Assembly (NCBI RefSeq): GCF_004363295.1
Contig: NZ_SNYQ01000001.1
Span: forward strand, 548,706-572,705
Direction: 5' to 3'
Origin: Mesocricetibacter intestinalis
GTDB lineage: Bacteria > Pseudomonadota > Gammaproteobacteria > Enterobacterales > Pasteurellaceae
Length of the DNA stretch: 24,000 nt
Shown here in pieces: positions 1 through 9,948 of this stretch. How positions within the stretch are numbered: the first letter of the stretch is position 1; the number at the start of each line of letters is the position of its first letter. Both the position numbers and the translations under genes were made by a program. The notes below the pieces were generated by a model, which was not told the origin of the DNA, did no database searches, and saw only the letters and a program-made list of their open reading frames with translations.

Positions 1-1249
1 CTTTCGGGTTTAGCATGCGTTCGATTTTAAACAGAATATTACCTTTCGGGGTCATCATTTCCACTTCGTCGCCGAGTAAAAATTTATTTTTTACCGCCAC
101 TTCCGCCATTCCTTGCGCATTACGCCGGCCGGTAAATTCTCCCACAAATTGCTGACGCTCGGAAACGGAATAGCCGTAATCATAGTTTTGGTATTCGTCA
201 TGGGTATGGCGGCGTAGAAAACCTTCGGTATAACCGCGGTGAGCAAGGCTTTCCAGGGTATCCAACAGACTTTTATCAAAAGGTTTGCCGGCGGCGGCAT
301 CATCAATAGCCTTACGATAAACCTGAGCGGTGCGTGCGCAGTAATAGAAAGATTTGGTTCTCCCCTCGATTTTTAACGAATGAACGCCGAGAGCGGTTAA
401 TTTTTCCACATGCTGTACCGCACGCAGATCTTTCGAATTCATAATATAGGTGCCGTGTTCATCTTCAAAGGCGCTCATTTGCTGCTCGGGATTCTGAGTT
501 TCCGCCAATAGGAAGACTTTATCCGTTGTCGGGCCAGCACCTAGGGTAGGAGCAACATTTTTAATTTCGATTTGCTGTGCGGGATCCACTTCCACCGGAA
601 CGATATTACCGCTTGCATCGGTCGTTCCTTCTTCCACTTTATATTCCCAGCGGCAGGCATTGGTGCAGGTTCCCTGATTCGGATCCCGTTTATTAATATA
701 ACCGGACAGCAGGCAGCGGCCGGAATAGGCCATACAAAGCGCGCCATGTACGAAAATTTCCAGCTCGATATCCGGTACTTGCTGCCGGATTTCGGCAATT
801 TCTTCCAGAGAGAGTTCGCGCGATAGAATCACACGGGTCAGCCCCATTTGTTTCCAGAATTTCACCGTAGCCCAGTTTACCGCATTGGCCTGTACCGACA
901 GATGGATATCCATGTGCGGAAAATTTTCACGTACCAGCATAATCAGCCCGGGATCGGACATAATCAAAGCATCGGGCTGCATATCGACAACAACCTTTAA
1001 ATCCTTAATAAAGGTTTTCAGTTTGGAGTTATGGGGGGCGATATTCACTACCACATAGAATTTTTTGCCCAGCGCATGAGCTTCATCAATCGCGATTTTC
1101 AGATTGGCGTGATTAAACTCATTATTACGTACGCGCAGGCTGTAGCGCGGTTGTCCGGCATAAATAGCATCGGCGCCGTAGGCAAAGGCGTAGCGCATAT
1201 TTTTTAATGAACCGGCCGGGGATAAAAGTTCTGGTTTAAAGCTTGTCAT
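1..1249 (-). CDS. trhP: Peptidase U32-family protein YegQ/TrhP (tRNA 5-hydroxyuridine pathway). About 416 N-terminal codons are present; the C-terminus lies beyond the window edge.
   Basis: Absent from the ORF track because it runs off the edge. Reverse translation from the ATG (cat at 1247-1249) gives MTSFKPELLSPAGSLKNMRYAFAYGADAIYAGQPRYSLRVRNNEFNH... and, further in, IFVHGALCMAYSGRCLLSGYINKRDPNQGTCTNACR. These blocks are almost identical to E. coli YegQ as I remember it. The frame stays open to position 2. Confidence 0.88.
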   Translation of the reverse strand, partial: MTSFKPELLSPAGSLKNMRYAFAYGADAIYAGQPRYSLRVRNNEFNHANLKIAIDEAHALGKKFYVVVNIAPHNSKLKTFIKDLKVVVDMQPDALIMSDPGLIMLVRENFPHMDIHLSVQANAVNWATVKFWKQMGLTRVILSRELSLEEIAEIRQQVPDIELEIFVHGALCMAYSGRCLLSGYINKRDPNQGTCTNACRWEYKVEEGTTDASGNIVPVEVDPAQQIEIKNVAPTLGAGPTTDKVFLLAETQNPEQQMSAFEDEHGTYIMNSKDLRAVQHVEKLTALGVHSLKIEGRTKSFYYCARTAQVYRKAIDDAAAGKPFDKSLLDTLESLAHRGYTEGFLRRHTHDEYQNYDYGYSVSERQQFVGEFTGRRNAQGMAEVAVKNKFLLGDEVEMMTPKGNILFKIERMLNPK

Positions 1250-1491
1250 AATTTTCTCTTTTCTGATATCAAGTCAGTGATTTACCCGGGGTAAATCTTA
1301 GGGGATCTGCATTTTAGGGCGATTTAAGGATTTGTAAAGGACTAATTCCCGCCGTCGAAATTAAAGCTTATTGTTTATTAATTTAATTCATCCAAACAAT
1401 GAAATATTTGAAATTGACGCATAATTGCTTTCTGTTTACTCTGAAACCGATAAGATTTTAACCAATTGTAATTTAGACGGCAGCGAGGTGA

Positions 1492-2376
<885 letters not shown>

Positions 2377-2406
2377 AAAACATAATCTCGTTATAAGCTA
2401 AATCCG

Positions 2407-2429
2407 AGGGAGGTGAATATCGCCTCCCT
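2407..2429 (+). terminator. Stem-loop 31 nt downstream of the metF stop (AGGGAGG-N9-CCTCCCT). Possible metF terminator, but no clear U-tract follows.
   Basis: 7-bp GC-rich inverted repeat at 2407-2413 / 2423-2429, read directly. The downstream sequence acaattatctt is only weakly T-rich. Confidence 0.35.
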
Positions 2430-2626
2430 ACAATTATCTTGCACCAAAATGCGGGCAGATTAATATTATGTTTTGGTGCGGAGAGAAAAAGAGCGGTTAT
2501 TTTTGGCCCGAGTTTTTTAGCTTGGCGGATTATCGACAGATACAAGGTTATTTGCCGATGATTGTGGGGACGCCCTATGGGCGCCCCTGTGCAAAAGCCT
2601 ATGTTTCCGTTTTTCGATAGTTTGCT

Positions 2627-3412
2627 TTAGATAGGCTCGCGCTTAAATAGAGAAAGGAAAAACAATGCGGCGGCTCCAAGCACCACGGAAGGACCGGCCT
2701 GGGTATTATAAAATGCCGAGATTGTGAGGCCTATGGATACAGACAGCATACTGATAAAAATAGCGCCGATAGCCATAGCTTCCGGGGTTCGGGCGAAACG
2801 CCGTGCGGTAGCGGCGGGAATAATTAGCAACGAGGTAATTATCAGCGCACCAACGAATTTCATACTTAAGGCGATGGTCAATGCGGTCAGAATCATTAGC
2901 AGAAAGCGCATTTTCGCCACCTTCACGCCCTCCACCTGCGCCAGTTCGGGGCTAACCGTGCTGGAGATCAGCGGACGCCAGTAATAGAGCAATGTGGCGG
3001 CAACGGCCAGAACTCCCGGTCCGATATAAAAAAGATCTTGATAGCTGACCGAAAGCAGATCGCCGAACAGGTAGCCGATTAAATCCACCCGCACATTTTT
3101 CAGCAAGGCGACGGTAACCACCCCCAGAGACAGACAACTGTGAGCGATAATACCGAGCAGGGTGTCGGCGGAAAAAGTGGTATTGTTTTCCAGCCATACC
3201 ATGCTGATTGCCAACACTAGGGTCAGGATCAGAATTGAAAGATAAGGATTAATATCCAGAAAAATACCCAGAGCTACTCCTAATAAGGCGGAGTGAGATA
3301 GGGTATCGCCGAAATAAGCCATTTTGCGCCAGACGACGAAAGCGCCGAGGGGGGCGCTGATTAATGACAGCAAAAGGCCGCACAGCAAGGCGGGTAAAAT
3401 TATTTCGAACAT
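2627..3412 (-). CDS. znuB: Zinc ABC transporter permease ZnuB
   Basis: 261-aa polytopic membrane ORF ([12 protein letters not shown]...[16 protein letters not shown]...), recognisably ZnuB. It is translationally coupled to the upstream ATPase gene by a 13-nt overlap. Confidence 0.92.
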   Translation of the reverse strand: MFEIILPALLCGLLLSLISAPLGAFVVWRKMAYFGDTLSHSALLGVALGIFLDINPYLSILILTLVLAISMVWLENNTTFSADTLLGIIAHSCLSLGVVTVALLKNVRVDLIGYLFGDLLSVSYQDLFYIGPGVLAVAATLLYYWRPLISSTVSPELAQVEGVKVAKMRFLLMILTALTIALSMKFVGALIITSLLIIPAATARRFARTPEAMAIGAIFISMLSVSIGLTISAFYNTQAGPSVVLGAAALFFLSLFKREPI

Positions 3413-4221
3413 GGCTCGTCCTCTTTTGTCCGTACCCGATGCAGGCAGCTTGTGCTATGCGAATTTGCGGTACAGCAGACATCGCCGTGCATATCATGTT
3501 TATGGTTATGGCGGTGAGTATAAACCGCAATATTTTTAGAAAATTGATCGCCGAAGAAATGGATAAATTTAGGATCATTGGAAAGGGTTTCCGGTGATCC
3601 CGCACAGCAGATATGCTGATTAACACAGAATACTTCGCTGGTATCCGCCATGACCAGATGCAAATCATGGGAAACCATCAGCACCGAACAGTTGAGTTTT
3701 TTTCTGGTTTGATGAATCAGCTGATAGAGTTCTATTTGTCCGTTAATATCCACGCCCTGCGTCGGCTCGTCCAGAACCAGCAGGTTCGGCTTACTGAGAA
3801 TGGCGCGTGCCAGTAATACCCTTTGCATTTCACCGCCGGAAAGTTTCTGCATACTATTGTTCAGCAAATGGGATACGGATAGCAGCCGGGCAGTTTCATA
3901 AATTTCCTGGGAGCCCACCCCTTGTTTTAAAGACAGAAATTTTTTCACCGTGATGGGAAAATTATGATCAATCTGTATTTTTTGCGGTACGTAGCCGATA
4001 CGCAGATTTTTGGCATGAATCACCTTGCCGCCGCTGGGCTGTTGCAAGCGTAGCAATACTTTCAGCAGCGTGGATTTGCCGCCGCCGTTCGGGCCGACAA
4101 TAGTTACTACCGAATTGGGATAAACCGCCAAATTAATATTCTGCAAAGCGGTTTTTTGGCCGAATACCACGGAAATATCCTTAAGTTCGACCAAAGGGAT
4201 TTGAATAGCGTTTATTTGCAT
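3400..4221 (-). CDS. znuC: Zinc ABC transporter ATP-binding protein ZnuC with a His/Cys-rich C-terminal tail
   Basis: Walker [10 protein letters not shown], signature LSGGEMQRV, Walker [11 protein letters not shown], and the ZnuC-typical HHICC-like block NQHICCAG plus HRHNHKHD. The ORF track begins at a TTG at 4239. I prefer the in-frame ATG at 4219-4221 ([18 protein letters not shown]), which matches the usual ABC N-terminus. Confidence 0.9.
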   Translation of the reverse strand: MQINAIQIPLVELKDISVVFGQKTALQNINLAVYPNSVVTIVGPNGGGKSTLLKVLLRLQQPSGGKVIHAKNLRIGYVPQKIQIDHNFPITVKKFLSLKQGVGSQEIYETARLLSVSHLLNNSMQKLSGGEMQRVLLARAILSKPNLLVLDEPTQGVDINGQIELYQLIHQTRKKLNCSVLMVSHDLHLVMADTSEVFCVNQHICCAGSPETLSNDPKFIHFFGDQFSKNIAVYTHRHNHKHDMHGDVCCTANSHSTSCLHRVRTKEDEPCSK

Positions 4222-4494
4222 CGTCCGGCATAAAAGCAATTAAAATGGCGCTAACCATAGCTTATTTTTTACGCCGGCGCAATTCGTTTCTCTATTTGTG
4301 TTTTATTGGGGCCAAGAAGGTGAAAATGTATTCAATCTATTGGCAAGCTGAAAATTTGACGGCGGCGAATAAGTCTAAGCGCCGATAATTTACTCAGTTA
4401 AATTTTTTTTCTTCTGTATAATGAATTTTCCTCCTGTTTTTCTGTCTTACAGAACACGGCTTGCGAAGTAATTGAAGTATAAGGAACGTTTTTT

Positions 4495-5991
4495 TTGGTA
4501 GTACAGCATATTAAGTTGGCGAGAGAGCGACGGAAACGAAAATCGCGCATTAAGGCGGCGATTTTTTTTGCCGCCCTCCTGTCTATTTTTTCCGGCCTGT
4601 TGCTACACCTGAAAGATAACGTTGAAGACAATGTGGAACAAATTACCTCGGTCAATGATAGCGGCTATGAAAAGCTGCATTCTTCCCTTCCCGTAACGCC
4701 GTCGCATACGGCGATTTCACTGGTGCTGGATTATGCTCGCCAGAATAGCAGAGCCATTCTGGGTTCCGAAGCGGATAATGATGCCACCTCTTATGATGAT
4801 GATCTGTCCGGAGATGATGATGAAGTGGATCAAATCGATCTGGACGGCGATGAGCTTGCTCTGGATGAATTGCCGAAAGATGCGCAGGACGCACTGAACG
4901 ACTTATTGGATGCCGCTGATCAGGCGAAAAGAATTACCGACCAATTCAGTCATACGATTGTACGCGGCGACAGCTTAAAAGACGTGTTGGAGCTTTCCGG
5001 TCTGGATGCGGAAACCGCTAATAAACTGATTAAACGCTATCCCGAACTGAAGTCTCTAAAAGCCGGACAGCAAATGTACTGGATTCTGGATCGGCATAGC
5101 GAGCTAGAATATTTAAACTGGCTTGTTTCCGAAAAAGAAGAGCGCATTTACGAGCGGGGTAACGACGGTAATTTCAGACGCCAGGTTCTGGAAAAGAAAA
5201 GTACCTGGAAAAAAGAGGTACTGAAAGGAAAAGTAACCACCTCCTTGCGTGCAGGGCTACAGAAGCTGGGCTTAGATCGCCGCCAGATCGGACAATTGAC
5301 GACCGCTCTGCAATGGCAGCTGAATATGGCAAAACTCCGGGCGGGGGATGAGTTTGCGCTCCTGATCTCAAGGGAATATGTGGGAGATAAGCTGACCGGA
5401 CAGGGGAATGTAGAGGCGATTCATATTATTACCCAAGGAAAAAGCTACTATGCCATTCAGGCGGAAAACGGGCGTTATTATAACCGTCAGGGGGAAACCC
5501 TGGGGAAAGGTTTTGCCCGTTATCCGATTCAACGTCAGGCCAGGGTTTCCTCACCTTTTAATCCCCGTCGCCGCCATCCGGTTACCGGTCGGATTCGTCC
5601 GCATAAAGGCGTGGATTTTGCTTTGCCGAGCGGAACGCCGGTAATTGCACCGGCGGACGGTATTGTGGAAAAAGTGGCTTATCAGCGCGGCGGGGCCGGG
5701 CGTTATATTATCATTCGCCACGGCAGAGAGTATCAGACCGTCTATATGCACCTTAGTAAACCGCTGGTACGGGCCGGGCAAAGCGTAAAACGCGGCGAAC
5801 GTATCGCCTTATCGGGGAATACCGGTATTTCCACCGGCGCCCATTTGCATTATGAATTCCATATTAACGGCCGCCCGGTGAACCCGCTGACGGTGAAATT
5901 GCCGGGTAACAGCAGCGGTATGCGTGAAAGCGAACGGCGTAAATTCCTGGTTGTGGCAAAAGCCGCCGAACGTCGCCTGAAATTAAATTAA
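4495..5991 (+). CDS. mepM: Murein DD-endopeptidase MepM/YebA-like protein (N-terminal TM anchor, acidic linker, OapA/LysM-like region, M23 peptidase domain)
   Basis: M23 motifs [14 protein letters not shown] and [17 protein letters not shown]. The position divergent from znuCB matches the Haemophilus arrangement (yebA homologue next to znuC). TTG start with AAGGA 9 nt upstream; the exact start is uncertain. Confidence 0.82.
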   Translation: MVVQHIKLARERRKRKSRIKAAIFFAALLSIFSGLLLHLKDNVEDNVEQITSVNDSGYEKLHSSLPVTPSHTAISLVLDYARQNSRAILGSEADNDATSYDDDLSGDDDEVDQIDLDGDELALDELPKDAQDALNDLLDAADQAKRITDQFSHTIVRGDSLKDVLELSGLDAETANKLIKRYPELKSLKAGQQMYWILDRHSELEYLNWLVSEKEERIYERGNDGNFRRQVLEKKSTWKKEVLKGKVTTSLRAGLQKLGLDRRQIGQLTTALQWQLNMAKLRAGDEFALLISREYVGDKLTGQGNVEAIHIITQGKSYYAIQAENGRYYNRQGETLGKGFARYPIQRQARVSSPFNPRRRHPVTGRIRPHKGVDFALPSGTPVIAPADGIVEKVAYQRGGAGRYIIIRHGREYQTVYMHLSKPLVRAGQSVKRGERIALSGNTGISTGAHLHYEFHINGRPVNPLTVKLPGNSSGMRESERRKFLVVAKAAERRLKLN

Positions 5992-6182
5992 AACGATTTT
6001 TTCAAGAATCCTTCCCGCTTAAATTCTTTTCTGCCGGTGCGCTATCCTCTTTCTTAAGTTGTATAAATTCCGGCGCACAGGCTTCTCTCCGCTTTTCTGA
6101 CTATATTTATCCGCTTTATTCTTTATCGTTAGGCGCCTTTGTGTTAGCATTATTCGCAATTATTCTCATTTATATTTAGAGC

Positions 6183-7136
6183 ATGGTTCGGCGTCGTTAT
6201 TTCCTTATTCTGTTATTGATTCTTTCCGTTATATCGCTTTTTCTCGGTGTAAGTACGCTGAATTTACGCGGATTGCTGGCCTTTGATCCGGCGCAGTGGC
6301 AAATCTTTTTTATTAGCCGGGTACCTCGTCTGATTAGTATTCTGATCGCCGGGGCGGCATTAAGTATCTGCGGGCTGGTGATGCAGCAACTGAGCCGTAA
6401 TCGTTTCGTTTCGCCGACCACGGCGGGTACTATGGATAGCGCCCGTTTAGGAATTTTGATTGCGATATTGCTGTTTCCGGCCGCTTCAATGTTGCTGAAA
6501 ACTCTGATCGCGATTTTGGTTTCTTTCGTGGGGACGCTGTTGTTTATGAGCATTCTTTCCCGTTTGAAATTTAAGGATACGATTTTTGTGCCTCTGGTGG
6601 GTATTATGTTCGGTAATATTATCAGTGCGATAACCGCCTTTATCGCTTATCAGCAGGATTTGCTGCAAAATCTGTCCGGTTGGTTGCAGGGGGATTTTTC
6701 ACTGGTGATGTCCGGGCGTTATGAAATGTTGTATTTCAGTATTCCGGCACTGATTGTAGCCTATTTGTTCGCCAATCGTTTTTCCATCGTCGGTATGGGC
6801 GAGGATTTTGCCGTTAATCTGGGCCTGAATTATCAACAGGTGTTGTATCTGGGGCTGGCGGTTGTCGCCACGGTTTCCTCTATAGTGATTGTTTCCGTCG
6901 GTGTTATTCCTTTCCTGGGGTTAATTATTCCCAATTTGGTAACTCTATATTTGGGCGATAATCTGAAAAAAACACTGTCGCATACCGCACTTTTGGGCGC
7001 CGTATTTGTTTTATTTTGCGATATTTTGGGGCGCACCCTGATTTACCCTTACGAAATTTCGATAAATGCCGTAGTCGGAGTATTCGGCAGCGCTATTTTC
7101 CTGTATCTGCTGTTTAAACGCTATCGCCACGCCTGA
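6183..7136 (+). CDS. FecCD-family iron-siderophore ABC transporter permease (YclN/CeuB/VctD/FatD-like)
   Basis: 317-aa polytopic membrane ORF. The motif RNRFVSPTTAGTMDSARLG is typical of this permease subfamily. First gene of a permease-permease-ATPase-binding protein operon. Confidence 0.85.
   Translation: MVRRRYFLILLLILSVISLFLGVSTLNLRGLLAFDPAQWQIFFISRVPRLISILIAGAALSICGLVMQQLSRNRFVSPTTAGTMDSARLGILIAILLFPAASMLLKTLIAILVSFVGTLLFMSILSRLKFKDTIFVPLVGIMFGNIISAITAFIAYQQDLLQNLSGWLQGDFSLVMSGRYEMLYFSIPALIVAYLFANRFSIVGMGEDFAVNLGLNYQQVLYLGLAVVATVSSIVIVSVGVIPFLGLIIPNLVTLYLGDNLKKTLSHTALLGAVFVLFCDILGRTLIYPYEISINAVVGVFGSAIFLYLLFKRYRHA
6984..6992 (-). repeat. Hin-type DNA uptake signal sequence (USS) core
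   Basis: Exact ACCGCACTT on the plus strand (AAGTGCGGT on the minus strand), inside the permease gene. Confidence 0.8.
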
Positions 7137-7143
7137 TAACAAT

Positions 7144-8112
7144 ATGCTGAATCTTATGTACAAAAAATATTATTCCCTATGGGGACTGGCGGCGGTATTG
7201 CTGCTTGCCCTGGCTTTATATCTGTTTTACCTTTTGCCGAATCGTTGGGAGTATGCGCTGCACCATCGAATGCTCAGCCTGGCAGCCATTATACTGACCG
7301 GTGCGGCGATTGCGCTGGCGGCAATGATTTTTCAGACCCTGGTGAATAACCGTATTCTTACCCCCAGTATTCTGGGGCTGGATTCCCTGTATTTGTTGAT
7401 ACAAACCCTGATTATTTTTTTATTCGGTTCAAAAACCCTGCAGTCCATTGATCCCGTTTTACTGTTTTTAGCCAGTACCGGAGTAATGATGCTGTTTGCG
7501 CTGGGGCTATATCGCTTCTTATTTAAAGGGGAGCATCAGAACATTTTTTTCCTGTTGCTGGTGGGGATTATTTGCGGCACCTTTTTCCAAAGCATGACGA
7601 CCTTTATGGAAGTGTTGATCGATCCGAACGAATTCCAGATTGCGCAAGATATTGGGTTTGCCAGCTTCAATCGGATCAATACGGAAATTCTTTGGGTGGC
7701 TCTGGCTATATTATTATTCGCCATCCTTTATGCCTATCGTTACCTACCCTATTTAGACGTACTGGCATTAGGGCGGGAAAACGCAATTAATCTGGGCGTA
7801 TCCTATGCTCAAATCAGTAAGCGTTTGCTGATTATCGTTGCGGTTTTAACCTCGGTGTCTACCGCATTGGTGGGGCCGTTGACCTTTTTAGGTTTGTTGG
7901 TGATGAATTTGACCTTTGAGTTTATTCGGGATTATCGGCATAGAATACTGATTCCGGCGGCGATCTGTATTGCGGTGATTACCCTTTGTGTGGGGCAGGT
8001 GCTGGTATCAAGGGTATTCAGCTTTAATACAACGCTGAGCATTATTATTAATTTCGTCGGCGGCAGCTACTTTATTTATTTACTGTTAAGAACGAGTAAA
8101 AAATGGCAATAG
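7144..8112 (+). CDS. FecCD-family iron-siderophore ABC transporter permease (YclO/CeuC/VctG/FatC-like)
   Basis: 322-aa polytopic membrane ORF (NNRILTPSILGLDSLY). It starts 8 nt after the previous stop and overlaps the ATPase gene by 10 nt. Confidence 0.85.
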   Translation: MLNLMYKKYYSLWGLAAVLLLALALYLFYLLPNRWEYALHHRMLSLAAIILTGAAIALAAMIFQTLVNNRILTPSILGLDSLYLLIQTLIIFLFGSKTLQSIDPVLLFLASTGVMMLFALGLYRFLFKGEHQNIFFLLLVGIICGTFFQSMTTFMEVLIDPNEFQIAQDIGFASFNRINTEILWVALAILLFAILYAYRYLPYLDVLALGRENAINLGVSYAQISKRLLIIVAVLTSVSTALVGPLTFLGLLVMNLTFEFIRDYRHRILIPAAICIAVITLCVGQVLVSRVFSFNTTLSIIINFVGGSYFIYLLLRTSKKWQ

Positions 8113-8867
8113 AAATTAAAAATATTACAAAAAGTTATGCGGATAAAAAGGTGGTGGATAATGTTTCGCTGACTCTTCCGCAGGGTAAAATCACTGCTTT
8201 TATCGGCCCGAACGGCGCGGGTAAAAGCACCCTGTTATCTATTGTCAGCCGTTTGTTGCGTGCCGACAGCGGGGAAATTCGTTTAAACGGTAAGCCTCTG
8301 GAAGGGCAAAAAAGTTCGGATATCGCCAGACAGCTTTCTATTTTAAGGCAATCCAATCATATTAATTTACGCTTAAGCGTAGAGGATTTGGTTGCCTTCG
8401 GGCGCTTTCCCTACAGTAAGGGAAATCTGAGCGCAAAGGATCGCACTTTTATTGATAATGCGATTAATTATATGAATTTGCAGGCATATCGCAGCCGTTA
8501 TCTCGATCAGCTCAGCGGCGGCCAGCGTCAGCGGGCCTATATCGCCATGACCCTGGCGCAGGATACGGATTATATTTTACTGGACGAACCCCTGAATAAT
8601 TTGGATATGAAACATTCGGTACAGATTATGCAGGTGCTGCGCAAATTGGCGGACGAACTGAATAAAACCATCGTTATCGTCATTCATGATATTAATTTCG
8701 CTTCCTGTTATTCCGACCATATTGTGGCCATGAGGGACGGGCGCCTGGTACGCCAAGGGACTGTGGCGGAAATTATGCAAACCTCGGTTCTGCAGGAAAT
8801 TTACGGCATGCACATTCCCATTGAGGAAATTAATTCGCATAAAATCGCATTGTATTTCAGAGAATAA
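8103..8867 (+). CDS. Iron-siderophore ABC transporter ATP-binding protein (YclP/CeuD/VctC-like)
   Basis: Walker A GPNGAGKST, signature LSGGQRQRAYIA, Walker B ILLDEPLNNLD, H-loop VIHDIN. 254 aa. Confidence 0.9.
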   Translation: MAIEIKNITKSYADKKVVDNVSLTLPQGKITAFIGPNGAGKSTLLSIVSRLLRADSGEIRLNGKPLEGQKSSDIARQLSILRQSNHINLRLSVEDLVAFGRFPYSKGNLSAKDRTFIDNAINYMNLQAYRSRYLDQLSGGQRQRAYIAMTLAQDTDYILLDEPLNNLDMKHSVQIMQVLRKLADELNKTIVIVIHDINFASCYSDHIVAMRDGRLVRQGTVAEIMQTSVLQEIYGMHIPIEEINSHKIALYFRE

Positions 8868-8881
8868 AACGGAGGAAATTT

Positions 8882-9793
8882 ATGAAGAAAACGTTCTCAT
8901 CTTTAATTACGGGGTTGATTGCCACTTTTTGTCTGCTCAGCGCCCAGGCCGGAGAAATTCAGGTCGAAAACTTCGCCGGTCGACAAAGCGTACCCCAGAA
9001 TCCGAAACGGGTCGTGGTTCTTGATTTCGGTGCCTTAGACAGCATTCGCGAGTTGGGTGCCAAAGATTCTGTTATCGCACTGGCGAAAGGGCGTATCCCC
9101 GAGTACTTATCCGAATTTGCTCAGGATAAGTATAAAAATGCCGGTACGTTGCCCGAACCGGATTTCGAAGCCATTAATGCTTTGGAGCCGGATTTAATCA
9201 TCGCTTCCGCCCGTCAGCAGAAGGTACTGAATCGCCTGAAAGAAATTGCACCGGTTTTTTATATTGATAATGATTTTTCCGACTATTACCGGAGTTTTGC
9301 CGCCAATGTGCGCGCATTGGGACAAATCTTCGCCAAGGAAGATATAGCCCGGCAGAAATTAGCCGAGCTGGATACCCTTGTTGAGGGTTTACAGGCGCAG
9401 ACTAAGGGAAAAAACGCATTGGTAACTCTGGTCAACGAAAGTCGGATCAGCGCCTTCGGCGATAATTCCCGTTATGCTTTGGTGTATCAGAAATTTGGTT
9501 TTACCCCGATTGATCCGGGTCTATCCGCTTCTACCCATGGCAATAGCATCGGCTTTGAATATATTGCAGAAAAAAATCCGGATTACTTGTTGGTTATCGA
9601 CCGCACCGCAGCCATTACCGAAAAAGCGAATAACGCACAGAAAGTTTTGGATAACGCCCTGATCAAACAGACCGAGGCGGCGAAGCAAAACCATATTGTC
9701 TATCTGAATGCGTCCAACTGGTATTTGGCTTTCGGCGGATTGCAATCCATGAAGATTATGGTTGACGAACTGCAAAGTGCGGTCAAAAAATAA
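8882..9793 (+). CDS. Periplasmic Fe-siderophore binding protein, cluster A/class III (CeuE/VctP/YclQ-like)
   Basis: 303 aa with a signal peptide ending SAQA/GE and GGAGGA 6 nt upstream of the ATG. Family-typical blocks are RVVVLDFGALDSI, PDLIIAS and NASNWYLAFGG. Gene order matches ceuBCDE/yclNOPQ. Confidence 0.85.
   Translation: MKKTFSSLITGLIATFCLLSAQAGEIQVENFAGRQSVPQNPKRVVVLDFGALDSIRELGAKDSVIALAKGRIPEYLSEFAQDKYKNAGTLPEPDFEAINALEPDLIIASARQQKVLNRLKEIAPVFYIDNDFSDYYRSFAANVRALGQIFAKEDIARQKLAELDTLVEGLQAQTKGKNALVTLVNESRISAFGDNSRYALVYQKFGFTPIDPGLSASTHGNSIGFEYIAEKNPDYLLVIDRTAAITEKANNAQKVLDNALIKQTEAAKQNHIVYLNASNWYLAFGGLQSMKIMVDELQSAVKK
9775..9783 (+). repeat. Hin-type USS core with an AT-rich 3' flank
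   Basis: Exact AAGTGCGGT followed by caaaaaataaaaagtttttt, at the 3' end of the binding-protein gene. Confidence 0.8.
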
Positions 9794-9873
9794 AAAGTTT
9801 TTTGTTTCCCGCTCTGTCGAGATAATTTTAGGGTTATCGAGATTTAAGTGCGGGCGGCTGTAATCTCCGGGTT

Positions 9874-9909
9874 AAGGGGAAGCGGCGATGAGCTTGTTTT
9901 CCCTTTTTT
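9874..9909 (+). terminator. Putative intrinsic terminator of the siderophore ABC operon
   Basis: AAGGGGAAG ... TTTTCCCTT imperfect stem (5 Watson-Crick GGGAA/TTCCC pairs plus flanking A-U/G-U pairs) with a ~15-nt loop, followed by TTTTTT at 9904-9909. Confidence 0.45.
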
Positions 9910-9948
9910 ATATTTCGCCGCCATAGCCTCGGTTAAAAAAATCCCCGC

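Noticed and set aside
1470-1485. Possible MetJ box (AGACGGCA, 6/8 to AGACGTCT) just upstream of metF.
   Set aside because: Only one 8-mer is acceptable. The adjacent 8-mers score 3/8 and 1/8, and MetJ needs at least two tandem boxes. A MetJ position weight matrix scan of 1250-1494 would settle it.
4240-4494. Expected Zur box in the znuC/mepM divergent region. Candidates are gaaaatgtattcaatctatt and tgtataatgaatttt.
   Set aside because: Neither candidate is palindromic or close to the GAAATGTTATAATATAACATTTC-type consensus. I cannot support a Zur operator by eye, and it may be absent or divergent. A Pasteurellaceae Zur matrix scan is needed.
4780-4900. Strongly acidic D/E-rich stretch in MepM ([29 protein letters not shown]) as a possible special feature.
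   Set aside because: Low-complexity acidic linkers between the membrane anchor and the LysM/OapA region are common and variable in YebA/MepM homologues. There is no evidence of separate function.
6143-6176. Fur box upstream of the siderophore ABC operon.
   Set aside because: The best hand alignment to the 19-bp Fur consensus is about 10/19 in AT-rich DNA, which is close to background. It is reported only as a phased direct repeat in the findings, not as a Fur site.
9887-9925. 12-codon mini-ORF (MSLFSLFYISPP) with an upstream AAGGGG, between the ABC operon and ygiW. It could be read as a leader peptide.
   Set aside because: It coincides with the putative terminator hairpin and T-run, is very short, and nothing links it to attenuation logic. 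It is most likely fortuitous.
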